Made by a program: the position numbers and the translations under genes. Source: Octopus bimaculoides (Eukaryota). Taken from it: a stretch of 63,842 nt of DNA. Location of the stretch: contig NC_068988.1 of assembly GCF_001194135.2 (NCBI RefSeq), positions 53,660,851 to 53,724,692 of the forward strand, in the 5' to 3' direction. Positions 12,808 to 25,109 of the stretch are shown here, piece by piece (positions within the stretch are counted from its first letter, which is position 1; every line of letters starts with the position of its first letter). The notes beneath the pieces were generated by a model that was not told where the DNA came from, made no database searches, and saw only the letters and a program-made list of their open reading frames with translations.

Positions 12808-13471
12808 GTGTGTCACCATTTCTTACATTGCTGCCACCTCAACTATTTTGTTCAGTCCGGCAAAAGCTAAAGAACATGCCCAGAAAATCCTTCAACTTCT
12901 TATAGATTTCAGTTATGAAGATAACCCTATTTTTTTCCACATCTTCAGTAACGGAGGTTCCATCATTTATCAACATGTTTGTTCACTCTTAGGCAATGCT
13001 GCAGAGTTTAAACACCTTAAAGTTTGTGGATCTGTTTTTGACAGTGCTCCAGGGAAACCTCGGCCAATCAATGCTATAAAATCCATTCTGATTGTTTTCC
13101 AACATTGGAATATTATCTTTCGGTTGTTTGCTGCTCTCTTTTTGTTCATCTATCTACATTTCACTGTCATTAAACACAAGATTTATACTTATTTTATGGG
13201 ACCAGACCATGGTGATGTCTATTCATTCCTGAAAAATGACTCCAAACATTTGATGCCTCAGCTCTATCTATATTCCTCTGTTGATAAAATAATACCATCT
13301 GACGACATTGAACAATTGATAAAGTTTCGTGAAGAGAGTCTTGGGGTTAAAATCTTTAAACATAAATGGACAGATTCTTCACATGTCAAACACTTTGTCT
13401 CTCATAGGGAAACCTATATTAACACTTGTTACAGCTTCTTGGATACATGTCTGAAAAAACTTATTCAATAG
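12808..13471 (+). CDS. TMEM53: Transmembrane protein 53, coding exon 2 (terminal)
   Basis: Acceptor TTGCAG|G completes Gly in phase 2 (K-G-CVTISYIAATST). Motifs FHIFSNGG, FDSAPG, PQLYLYSSVDKII, WTDSSHVKH; stop TAG 13469-13471. Joined CDS 855 nt = 284 aa. Confidence 0.95.
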
Positions 13472-14566
13472 TCTGAAAGTTCAAAGTTTTAAGCCAAGGT
13501 TTGGAAATGTATTTTCTATTTTTTTTATATATTTTTTTAATTAGATTAATTATTGTTGCTTCATACAACCTAAAGGCAAGTATATGTTATAGTCACTTTT
13601 TTGCCTAATTATTGGATTTAATAGCAGTGGTGGGCTAATTGTTTCAATAATATATCTGCAATTATACACATTTTCTATCTAATTTTATCCATGCATTAAA
13701 CAGTTAAAAGAAGTGATGAAAATAATAACCCAGAGCATGACCATTCCATCTGCTGAAACTAGTGCTTGTGTTTGTATCTCGGAAAAAAAATATATTTTCT
13801 TTATTATGTTACCAGCATGGCTTACTGTGAAGAATTGAATACCTTACAAGACATATTGTGATTGAAAATAAATAATATAGAATTAAAGGATGGCTTAAAA
13901 GTAGTCCTAAAAGGTATAGGGTTTCAGTAGCTTTAAGGGTTTTTGATTTTGTTTTCCTTCACTAAGCCTCCCTAAGTTCAGGTAAAGTGACAGTCATGAG
14001 TGGATTTGAATTCTGCAGGCAGTAAACAATTTGGAAGAATGTCTAGGCATGTTTTATATTTATAAAATTGTAAAGTGTGGTTAGTGAGGATGTCTAAAGA
14101 TATAGGAGAGAATTTAAAGCCAGGAAGAGAATTTATTCTTGGACATTTGAGGGAATGTAGAGATCAAAGGGGTATTGTCAACAGAAGTGAACACCTCAAA
14201 TAACAAAGAAGTTTTAAATGTATTACAATAGAAAAAAATTTGACTCTATTGTCTGCATATCCTAAATAGCTTTTAATATGAACTGTTTGAACCTTGGATT
14301 AAGTTTAAATTACTGTAGACATAGCTTTTCAGTTCCTTTATATATATGGGTATGAAGGAGAGAAAAATCAATGTTTCCATTATCTTTGAAATGTTAGCAG
14401 TAAGATGATTCTAGTGAGGTTGGAAGTTCTTTTTATTGTATGCTTACGCTAAGGGAGGTTGAATTAATTTTTCAGTATAGAGTAGTGTTTTTTGGAAAAT
14501 AAGAGACCAGATGAAAATTTGATTGAGGGTATGGTTTGTGTTAAGATTAGAATTGATGGTGAAAGT

Positions 14567-14830
14567 ACATGGCCTAGTGGTTGAGGTGTTGCACTCATGA
14601 TCATGAGACCGTGGTTTCAATTCCCAGACTGAGCAGTGCATTGTGCTCTTGAGCAATACATTTCAGTTCAGGTTACTCTTCAATCACTTCAACATCTGAC
14701 ATGTGGCACACCATGCACCTGTACAGGTAATATCCATTTGTGGAGAGAGTGGGATCAGGTACAGCACAAACATTTGATCACTATAAACAAATCATCTGTG
14801 TAGGGTGCTCAGCAAGAAGTTACAGAATCA
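14567..14830 (+). mobile_element. tRNA-derived SINE family D
   Basis: TGGCCTAGTGG A-box, GTTTCAATTCC B-box, CTTGAGCAA core; matches 29533-29815. Confidence 0.75.
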
Positions 14831-15452
14831 TTTTCCTTGGACTACAAGAAACTACCATAAAGGAGTTGGTAATGAAGTGAATGAATGGTGTTGGTTGCAG
14901 GGGCATGGGTGTTGCTGACAGTCAAATCTGGGTTGAGCAGAAAAGAAAATATAATAGAAAGTTGACGAAAATTCTTTGTCTAAGACCCAGCTGTTTTGTT
15001 TCAGTGAGCTAATGGATAAATCATTCCTTTTTGTAGTGATTCATGGAGGAGGGTTGTGCAAGGATAAGGGACTAGGGGACAAATTACAGTGGGATTATTT
15101 TAACATCCACTTTTCCATGCTTGAACCTGAAATCATGTGGTTGGGAAGCAAACTTTTCAACCATACAATCATGTCTATGCCTATTACTTATTTTAGAATG
15201 GAGCATAGAGGACAGGTTGGTAAAAATAGTGGACTTCGTTTTGTTGGGGACTAAATGTGATCAGTACTAACATAATGTGACTACAATAGGTGAAGATTGT
15301 TTCTCAGAAAACAGTGTAGTAAATTCAATGAATTTTGTTTTTTGTATTGGAAAATTGATAATCTTCACTGTTTTTTAATGCTGTTTTTCTCATTACAAAT
15401 TTATTTCTTTTTCAGAATCTGTGTGCTATGACAATGAGATGAGATATATATA

Positions 15453-15496
<44 letters not shown>

Positions 15497-15931
15497 GTAA
15501 TACTCTGCTTGTCACAACATTCATGTGTTCGAGTGTTATGTATGAAATGGTCTTAACCATGGAACAAAATTGAAGACATAGTTGAAATTTTTAACAAAAT
15601 GAAACAATCTTTTGAAGAGCAATCAATTTAAGCATCAAATAAATATTTTTTTAAATGTATAAAATGTAAAATTTCCACAGGTCCTGCTAATTATCATATG
15701 GCTGATTAACTCATTTGTCAGTGCTCACAAAGATGTTGTGCAAGTTTTTTTTTTAATCTCCCAAAGGCACACAACTAGCAAGATCATATTTGTATGAAGG
15801 CTTATATAGTGTATTTTTTAAATTTTAATTTTATATGCTTAAGTTTTGTTAAATAATGGCTTTCAAATTTTGGAATTTATTTATTTCAACAGTTAAGCTT
15901 GGTGAAACCTAGGTTTGGAATATTGACTAGT

Positions 15932-16140
15932 TCAACTCATTAGCATTTAAACCAACCATATCTGGCCCAAATATTCTACCTGTCTTTTGTTCAAACCAGA
16001 TAGATATGACCTTGCACACCTATCTTACAATATCATTCTAAAAGTAACCAATCATTGAAATCTTGAACTTACAAGATATGCATGCTTAATTCAGAACAAT
16101 AAATAAACATATTTGACAGAGTAATCTGAATGCTAAGGTT
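15932..16140 (+). mobile_element. piggyBac-like MITE, diverged copy
   Basis: Colinear with 36903-37119. Confidence 0.65.
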
Positions 16141-17619
16141 ATCGTGTGGTTTGTGACAATAACAATGGTAATAGGTGGGGTAAACAGTTCCTTCAAATTC
16201 ATTAATGTTTCTGGTCTTTATCTTCTAACCTAAAAGAAAAACTTTTTAAAAAAATCCTGTGAGTTGTGAATGTATACATTTGTAAGTCTGTATTTGAAAT
16301 TTTGATTACTTGGTTTGAATAGATTATAATCTCCTCGGAGTGCATAACAATATTTTCTGGAACATCAGCTAATTCTTGAGGTAGCAGACTGTTAAATATT
16401 GCAATGGGGATTTCATTTGAATGTAGTACAAGTCGTATTATAGTGTCAAAATCAGGTCCTGATAAAGTAAAACCAAGTGAAAGTTTGTGCTCAGCACACC
16501 CAAATTACCTAGAACTGTCAAATCTAATTCAATAGACAAAAAATTGAAATTTGTTCCCCAGTGTTATCTTTTAGTAAGCCAATCTCTCTTTGCTGTGCCA
16601 TCTAATGTGATTTGACCCTTTACCTGTCCTGTGAATTACATCAGATACACAGGACATATTTTTCTGGTGTCTAAGCATCATAGAGTAACTTGGGACTTAT
16701 GAAAGGAAAGCTTTATACTAGTCAGAATGTATGAAATAAGGGCTAACTAGAAGTCTGAAAAAAAGTGTGGCGGTTTATAACAAACTTATGAAAATGCTTT
16801 GAACAAGCAAAGGGTTAAGTGACCATTATCATAACCTAGTGATTCAGTGACATTCATTTGTCTACATTCTTAATTCATATCTCAGCAAAATCCCATTATC
16901 TTTCAATTTTCTTGGAGTCAAAACCAAAATATGTGGTCTAGTGAGTGTCACAATTGGTTACTGTCTTTTTATATTAATCTGTGACAACCCATGATCAAAG
17001 GCGACCCAATTGTGACCATCCTTTACTTTTAGGAGTATGTCTGAGATTACATTATCCAATGTGTCTTTTTCTTATTTAAGATAGTAGTGTGATTTGAAGG
17101 AGACATAACTGCTACTTCTAGGAAAATGAGTGTTCACATACAGGATGCATTCTTTTTCCCTGTATCAGGCATACACAACCTTTGAGGAGGGACCACATGT
17201 AACATGGTTCATTATCAAACAGGACAATTATTTAAAAAATTGAAGGTGGTTTTATAATAGGCACACCATTCAGATGTGGCCCACAGGCTGCAGTTTCCCT
17301 GTGACTGTCGTAGATGGTGAACTGACTCGTTTTAAGTCATTTTAACTGAAACTTGTCTCAAAGATTCTAGGTCCTTGCAGGCAGACCAGTTATATATATA
17401 TATATATATATATNNNNNNNNNNNNNNNNNNNNNNNNNNNNNNNNNNNNNNNNNNNNNNNNNNNNNNNNNNNNNNNNNNNNNNNNNNNNNNNNNNNNNNN
17501 NNNNNNNNNNNNNNNNNNNNNNNNNNNNNNNNNNNNNNNNNNNNNNNNNNNNNNNNNNNNNNNNNNNNNNNNNNNNNNNNNNNNNNNNNNNNNNNNNNNN
17601 NNNNNNNNNNNNNNNNNNA

Positions 17620-17761
17620 GTTTCTACCAAATCAGATTATAGAAACTCTGCCAAATCAGATTGGAGCCTGGTGTAGCCATCCGGTTTCACCAGTCCTCAG
17701 TCAAATTGTCCAACCCATGCTAGCATGGAAAGCGGACGTTAAACGACTATGATGATGATGA

Positions 17762-17763
<2 letters not shown>
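17620..17763 (+). mobile_element. SINE family B 3' end (after gap)
   Basis: CAAATCAGATTGGAGCCTGGTG...GGACGTTAAACG(ATG)n. Confidence 0.8.
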
Positions 17764-17799
<36 letters not shown>

Positions 17800-18491
17800 T
17801 GGAGAATATATTTGAAGTATATGCAGTGATAATGTCACTGCCATAAAGTATTTTTGTAATAATTTCAAAAAAATAAAGATGGAGAAAGTCTTTTAAATTT
17901 GGGGAGTCTTAATGATTATGTTTTTGCAGTTTTAAATGTTACTAATCCCTTCCGTCCATTACCAACTGCTTGAAATGGTGTAATTCCATCAATGCTCTGA
18001 ACTTCCCCCCCCCACACACACACACACATACGTGTACAGATATTCTCGCCACCCTACCCCAATCTCTCTTATTGTCAGACAGAATTTGTTGAGGCAGATC
18101 TTCTTTGGCCAGATGCCCATCCTGTAGCTGGTCCTTACCTGTTTCCAAACAATATTTTCCCATAGCTTGACATATATTTCATGGAAGGTTGGAAACAAAC
18201 AGCCTTACTTATATGATGATGATGCTCATTTACTCCTATCATGTCATGGCTAGACAAGGTTACATGCAAACGCATACATGCTCACATACAGAGAGAAAAA
18301 GACTGTCCTTGCATATATCTATCTCTCTCATGCAGCCTCTAGTTACTGAACACTAAGAAACTAAAGCCTTGCTTGCTCCCTGCACACACACACACACACA
18401 CACACATACACACAAACTAAATCAATAACTCAAAGTGTCGCAATGTTTGCATGTTAGATGAGTAATTTGATCTGAGATTGAGTGTTTGGAT

Positions 18492-19025
18492 AAGGCAGTG
18501 AGCTGGCAGAATCGTTAGCATGCCGGGCAAAATGCTTAGCGGTATTTCGTCTGTCACTACGTTCAGCGTTCAAATTCAGCTGAGGTCGACTTTCCCTTTC
18601 ATCCTTTCAGGGTCGATAAATTAAGTACCAGTGAAACACTGGGTTCGATGTAATCGACTAGTACCCTCCCCTCAAATTTCAAACCTTGTGTCTATAATAG
18701 AAAAGATTTAGTGTTTGGACTAAATTACATCACAAAATAGTTACTATTCTACATACATCTTATCATACACACTTTTACTTTATTGCATTGTAATATTATA
18801 CTTTAAAAATGAGGCAGTGAGCTGGAAGAATCATGAGTATGCTGGACAACATACTTAGCAGCATTTCATTTGTCATTATGTTCTAAGCTCAAATTCTACT
18901 GAGGTCAACTTTGCTTTTTATCTTTTTGAGGTTAAGATAAGTACCAGTTGAGCATTGGGATCTATGTAATCAACTTAACCACTTCACACAAAACTACTAG
19001 CTTTATGTCAAAATTTGAAACCAGT
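18492..19025 (+). mobile_element. Two SINE family C copies (about 18492-18705 and 18812-19025)
   Basis: GAGCTGGCAGAATCGTTAGC head, GTTCAAATTC B-box, CCTTTCATCC...GTCGATAAATTAAGTACCAG body. Confidence 0.8.
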
Positions 19026-19639
19026 GTTACACTTTAAATAGGATGGTTAATTAGTAGAATGATTAGTCTTATGGTATTTGTTTCAGTTCTTTACTCTGAG
19101 TTGACTCCTTGCTGAAGTCTACTTTTTTTTTTCTCCCTTCCATAGTCAGTAAAATAAAGTACTAAATTAGATATTTTCTTTTCCCAAATTTGTGATTACT
19201 TAAAAAATCAGTATACACTTTGCATTGTGGGGAAATTTCCTTCATCAGCTGTCAACTGAATATCACAATGATTTCAGTACTTTCCAACAATTTTACTCCT
19301 TCTACTAGTGACACCGAATAGCATTGATGCTAACAGGGAATATTCAGATTATTTGTGCCTACACTAACATGCATTTCTTTTTCTTTGTTATTCATTCCCT
19401 CACCATATCAATCCAACTGCAATCATAACCACTCCATGCAGTAACTTTTCTTTTTATTACTTGCTGAGGAATTTTTCTTTATTGTATAACAATAATAATA
19501 TAAAATGAATGCAAAGTGAATATAAATGTATGTTTGGTTACAATGATTATAAATACGTAAGTTCTATAAAAATGTTTACACATGCATGCACACATACCCA
19601 ACAAATAATAAGCTGCTTCACAGTTTAGTTTCCCTTGGC

Positions 19640-19972
19640 TTAAAGCTGACAACTGATTTTACAATCATGATGAATTAGATTCTGATCTATGCGATTAGCC
19701 ATTGCTTTAAAGTGAGGAAAAAAGGATCAAAGATACATCCCAAACCATAGGCTAATAAGCCCTGTTTCCTGGATTCTGTAGCATATATATATTCCATTCC
19801 CCTTGGATAGGATGCCAGTCCATCACAGAATTGTTCACCTTTGCCAGCTAAGTGGTACATGAAATGAATTGTTTTGCTCAAGAACACTACACTTCACCCA
19901 GTCCAGGAACCGAAACGACAATTTTACAATCATGAATGCAACACCTCAACCAGTAACCCACACACCTTCACA
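19640..19972 (-). mobile_element. SINE family D-related copy
   Basis: Reverse complement carries A-box/B-box head (GGTTACTGG...GTTTCGGTTCC) and the CTTGAGCAA core. Confidence 0.6.
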
Positions 19973-21742
19973 TAAAATATAGTGGAACTGATAAAAAAAT
20001 ATGTATATCAACACTTAACTGGTTATGATATATAGAGCAAATGTCGGAGAAATAATGTAAGTTTATTCTGTTGATGATCCATTGTGATTCTGCATTTAGT
20101 TACACTTGGGACATCTAATGTAGAGGTTGTAATGGTGAAATGTATGAAAGAAACAAATTATATTGACTTTTGTGTTTATCACAATTTCCCCTACATTTGC
20201 TCTGTATATCATAACCAATAACACTTAGTAAGTGCAGTAGTAACCACACTACTACGCTGAGAGCAAATTGGATTATAATACTCCATATGTAACTCTAAAC
20301 TCACCAGTAGCAATCATAAATCTAACAGTATCCACAAGATATACTATATCTCTACTTAAACTAAATTCACTGAACAAGTGGTTTCAATATGTATTTCCAA
20401 CTCTTTAAATGTTTCCACAAAGGGAAATGAAAATTTTAGTTGAATTTAACCAGTATGTTTATTAACAAACATCCTAGCATAGTGTAAAAATCAGTCGAAA
20501 AGGGGATCGTTTGAAAACCATGGTATACTGATTTTTCTGACCTAAAGTTAGCTATTATTTCACACTGTTACAAGACCACTTTTTAGCTTTCTTCTATTTA
20601 CTTCTTCAATATATTAGATTTTTTCCAAATATAGTTAAATTTGGCTTTTGTTTGTTTTTCCTTGCAACATTGTTTTGATGTTTTCTTTCAAAAATAAACC
20701 CTCTTACTATAAACATTGATTTTATTAAATAATTATTCTTACTTTTGAAGACGTATTTGTTTACACTGTGAAGCAGGTTGCAACTTGTTAGGTGTGAATC
20801 AAAGTTTAAAACAAAAATTTATATACAAGCTTGTGTTGAAACAAATTAACATAAAGTTTTGATGGAAGGTTTTGAATTAGTTTACATTTAAGTACAAAAT
20901 CGTAGGACCAGGAGCAGTTTCAGGCAGGTTGGTATCAAAAGGGTTAAAATGTTGAATTCTTTAAAGAAGAGTGGTCTTTTTGATAATTTGATCAGAGTTA
21001 TCAAATATACTAAATATTTATATAAAATATAAAGAATATTCATGCTGACATTAATTAAATAATTGGTCTCTTGTGTTATTTAATAATAAAGTTTCTTCAA
21101 ATTGAAGTGCTATTGACATGGCTGTGTTCAACTGAATGTTTTGCTCAGAATGTATATGAAAATATTAAACTGTTGACTATGAAATAAAATGGTAATCCAA
21201 TCCAGATTTTGTGTGACTTATCATTACAAATCTATTTTATCTAATTTATATTTGATTGAGCAGGGTGTTCTGTCTGACCTACAGGGTTTACATTTTCTTT
21301 CTCTGGTCTGTAAACAGCATATGAGAGAGATTTAGTTGATATCTAAGTGGACTGTTGAAGTCTATGTCTATAAGTTAGCTTACAACGTTGACCCCATCAC
21401 CACCACCACCACCACCACCCAAAGTATTAACATGGCAAGCATTTGCAACAGATTTCTGGCTTGGAAGTACTTTCATCTTTCCCACTCAGAGAGAGGAAAG
21501 AAAGACAATAAAGAGGTATGGGAATTGCCCTACTATACTGATTAAGATAAAACAATATCTATTTTGCACTCTGTTATAAATATATATTAGTGACAAAGGC
21601 AGTATTAATACCAAGAGGTAATATTTGTCCCCACTTAAACATGGAGGGTCTGTTAGAACAAACTATACTGTGGTAGATACCATGAAAGAAACTCTCATAT
21701 TGACTTTTGGTGCCAAATGCACTATTGTTATATCACTAGCAA

Positions 21743-22119
21743 CATGTGTTGGCACTCTGTCACTTACGACGCTGAGGGTTCCAGTTGATCCGATCAACGG
21801 AACAGCCTGCTCGTGAAATTAACGTGCAAATGGCTGAGCACTTCACAGACACGTGTACCCTTAACGTAGTTCTCGGGGATATCCAGCGTGACACAGTATG
21901 ACAAGGCTGACCCTTTGAATTACAGGCACAACAGAAACAGGAAGTAAGAGAGAGAGAAAGTTGTGGTGGAAGAGTACAGCAGGGTTCACCACCATCCCCT
22001 CATGGAGCTTTAGGTGTTTTCGCTCAATAAACACTCACAATGCCCGGTCTGGGAATCGAAACTGCGATTCTATGACCGCGAGTCCGCTGCCCTAACCACT
22101 TGGCCATTGCGCTTCCACC
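21743..22119 (-). mobile_element. Young tRNA-derived SINE (family E) flanked by a 76-bp direct repeat
   Basis: Minus-strand head TGGCCAAGTGGTTAGG...GTTTCGATTCC, CpG-rich. Flanks 21667-21742 and 22120-22195 are identical except for 1 base. Confidence 0.85.
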
Positions 22120-22260
22120 ACTGTGGTAGATACCATGAAAGAAACTCTCATATTGACTTTTGGTGCAAAATGCACTATTGTTATATCACTAGCAATATAC
22201 CGAATGCATTTTGCACAAAAAGTCAGTATGAGAGTTTCTCTCGTGGTATCTACTGCAGTG
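22120..22260. repeat. Long imperfect inverted repeat (about 56-bp arms, about 29-nt loop), MITE-like hairpin
   Basis: 22120-22175 is the reverse complement of 22205-22259 with 6 mismatches. Confidence 0.85.
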
Positions 22261-23814
22261 TGGTTTGTTCTAACAAACTATTCACATTTAAGTGAGCGTA
22301 AATATTACCTCTCTATTATAAATGTTAATGTTTTGCACATGTTAGCTGTTGGGTTGTGTTACTAACTCCTACTACTGCATGAAGTCTAAAAGTTAAACCA
22401 TTATCGCTGGTGGTTGTACATGGTGTAGATTGCAGCCTATGTATTAAGAGTGGGCGTTCTTTTTCAAGAAGCAAGCTGCATCAGGCGGGCTGCAGTAGTA
22501 AAATAAAATTGATGATAATTTTTCATTAGGTTGGCCACACAGTCCCACAAGCTGCAATTAGCCCATGACTGGCTTACAAGCATTATCACAGCAAATTGGA
22601 ACAGCTTATGCAGTTAAAGAGAGTACCTCTATAGAGGTGCAAAAAACTCAAGAAACTCTGTCAGTGAATTCAAAATGATTTACTTCAGTCAGCTGACTGT
22701 TATATTAAGAAAAAAAAGCAACATTGCAGATTTAATCAAAATGTCTTAGAGTTGCCAAATGCTGCCATTTCACAGCTTGATATCAATAATGATTATTCAT
22801 ATCAAGCTGTAAAATGATAACATTTGGCTACTCTAAGACATTTTGATTGATGTCTGTTATGTTGCTTTTTTTTTTCTTTTTGTAAAGCTTTTAAATATTT
22901 TCTACAATAGACAGAACCTCTATGCATTTGTTAGCAACAACAGCTAATTCTCCCTACTCTCATAAGTAAGGAAAGAATACATTAGTCAATATCATCATAG
23001 ATACACAGTGTCTAAAGATGATCATGGCAGGATTGCTTGTTATAGGTTTTCTTGATCAAGGCTGACCCAGGATTAAACGCCAATATTCTGGTGCCACAGA
23101 AAAAGCACCCAGTCTACTGTGTAAAGCGGTTGGTGTTAGGGAGGGCATACAGCTGTAAAAGCCACACCAAAGCAGACGATGGGGTTTGACAGTCCCCTAG
23201 TTTACCAACTCATATCAAACCATGTCAGCATGGAAGATGGATGTTAAATGATGGTGATGGTCACTTGAAAATGACAGTAAAGAGTTTTGAGTTTATTACC
23301 CACAGTAGATACTGAAGTTGATAATGATCGTTGTTGTCTTACAAAACAGCCTGAACCCAACCCAGAACCATGTGGTTGCGAAGCAAGCTTCTTACCACAC
23401 AGCCACATCTGCGCCTATACTAGTTTTTAATTTTTCTATTTCTATATAGATGATAAAAAACAAACCACAGGCAGGAAATTTGGAAAAGCAAACAATGTCT
23501 GTGTATGTAATATTTTTAATGAATTTAACATTTTAATTATTGGAATACCTATAAGATCCTCTTGGTTTAGTAAATTAACTTTGGCCAATAAAATTCTTTG
23601 TATCTGATGGAGCTTAGATCTGCTGAGAGCAACAAGCAACTAACCATGTGTGAATGCATTAGTAGAATTGTAAAGACAGTACCTTAATAAAATTTTAATG
23701 AGAAAAACAAGTATTTATTCACGAGTTCTGTTAAGAGAATGTTGATTTATTTTATTTTCCCTTTACAGCTTTTTAAAAGAAAGTTTCATATCTGAAAGTG
23801 GTATTCTTTTATTT

Positions 23815-24142
23815 ATTTTTTTTACTTGTTTCAGTCATTTGACTGGAGCCATGCTGGAGCACTGCCTTTAGGACTTATTCTTTGTAAGCCTAGTACTTAT
23901 TCTATCGGTGTCTTTTGCTGAACCACTAAGTAATGGGGATGTAAACACAGACACACAAACATATACATATATAAATATATATGTATATATGACAGGCTTC
24001 TTTCAGTTTCTGTCTACTCACAAGGCTTCAGTTGGCCCAAGGCTATATTAGAAGACACTTGCCCAAGGTGTCATGCAGAAGGACTGAACCCGGAACCATG
24101 TGGTTGGTAAGCAAGTTTCTTACCACACAGCCATGCCTGCGC
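23815..24142 (-). mobile_element. SINE family A
   Basis: Reverse complement is colinear with 45648-46046, with internal deletions. Confidence 0.8.
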
Positions 24143-24946
24143 ATATGTAGCTTAATATTTTCAACAATCATGTCGAAAAATGTTTTTTTGTGTGTGTGTG
24201 TATGTACACACACACAAAAAAAAACATACAGAGGGAGAGAGTGTAAGAAAAAGATGGGGTGAGCATGCTGGGTGAGAGATTAGGATAACAATTTTCACCA
24301 AAGTTTGGTAACACACAACACTGCTTGCATGATGGTGACACTCATTTACAACTATCACACCATATCAAGGCAAAGAGATAGTCGCACACACATGCGTCCA
24401 CACGCATAGATTTAAATATACATGATAGGCTTCATACCATTTTTATGTACCCTCTCCTTCTTTCTCTCCAGGGACAAATGCAACTAGCTTAGCTGCCCAC
24501 CTACTTAATCGGCTATCTTTCGTCTCAACTCGAAATTTGTCAACGAACTACTCGGTAATTTCCATGGATGTATCAAAGGGAAAGTTATATGTGTGTACCT
24601 GTTTCATGTGTGTGTGTGTAGTACGATCCGTTAGATGTGCAATGTCAGTGTGAACACATGACAGAGTGTAAGCGCCCTTAGAGAAATGTTGGACATGAGA
24701 AACAAGTAAAAGAATAAAAGAATACCAGAAAAATGTTCCGTACCACTGAACCAAGAAGGTTCTTTGAATATGTATGATGTATTGTAAGGTTAAATAGTTT
24801 ACGTTTGTGTTACTGAGATATTTTGGTTGGTTTATATAGTTGTAGTGAAACTAACACCTCGATTGCCATTGTATACAAAGAAGCCATCTCCTTGCTGTTA
24901 TAAATATATTCAAGATCGGCCGTAGGAGAAAACACATTTCCCTGTC

Positions 24947-25090
24947 ATCACGTGACTGATTATTATTTGAAGCGGCAAATGCTTCGAACCGTTCCCACCA
25001 GAACGCAAACTGACCAATCACGGCCCCTAATAAGGTCACGTGATAGTGTTTTTCTAATCCTCTCCTGGAGCCCCCAGAATGTTATAAATA
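24947..25090 (+). promoter_or_regulatory. Compact Pol II promoter-like cassette (2 E-boxes, CCAAT, CArG, TATA)
   Basis: ATCACGTGAC 24947-24956, CCAAT 25014-25018, CCTAATAAGG (CC[A/T]6GG) 25026-25035, GTCACGTGAT 25035-25044, TATAAATA 25083-25090, all within a CpG-retaining island. Confidence 0.6.
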
Positions 25091-25109
25091 GCCAAATTAT
25101 ACCCGGCAA

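Noticed and set aside
23442-23639. 65-aa minus-strand ORF
   Set aside because: No recognisable motif and no compatible splice partners; size expected by chance.
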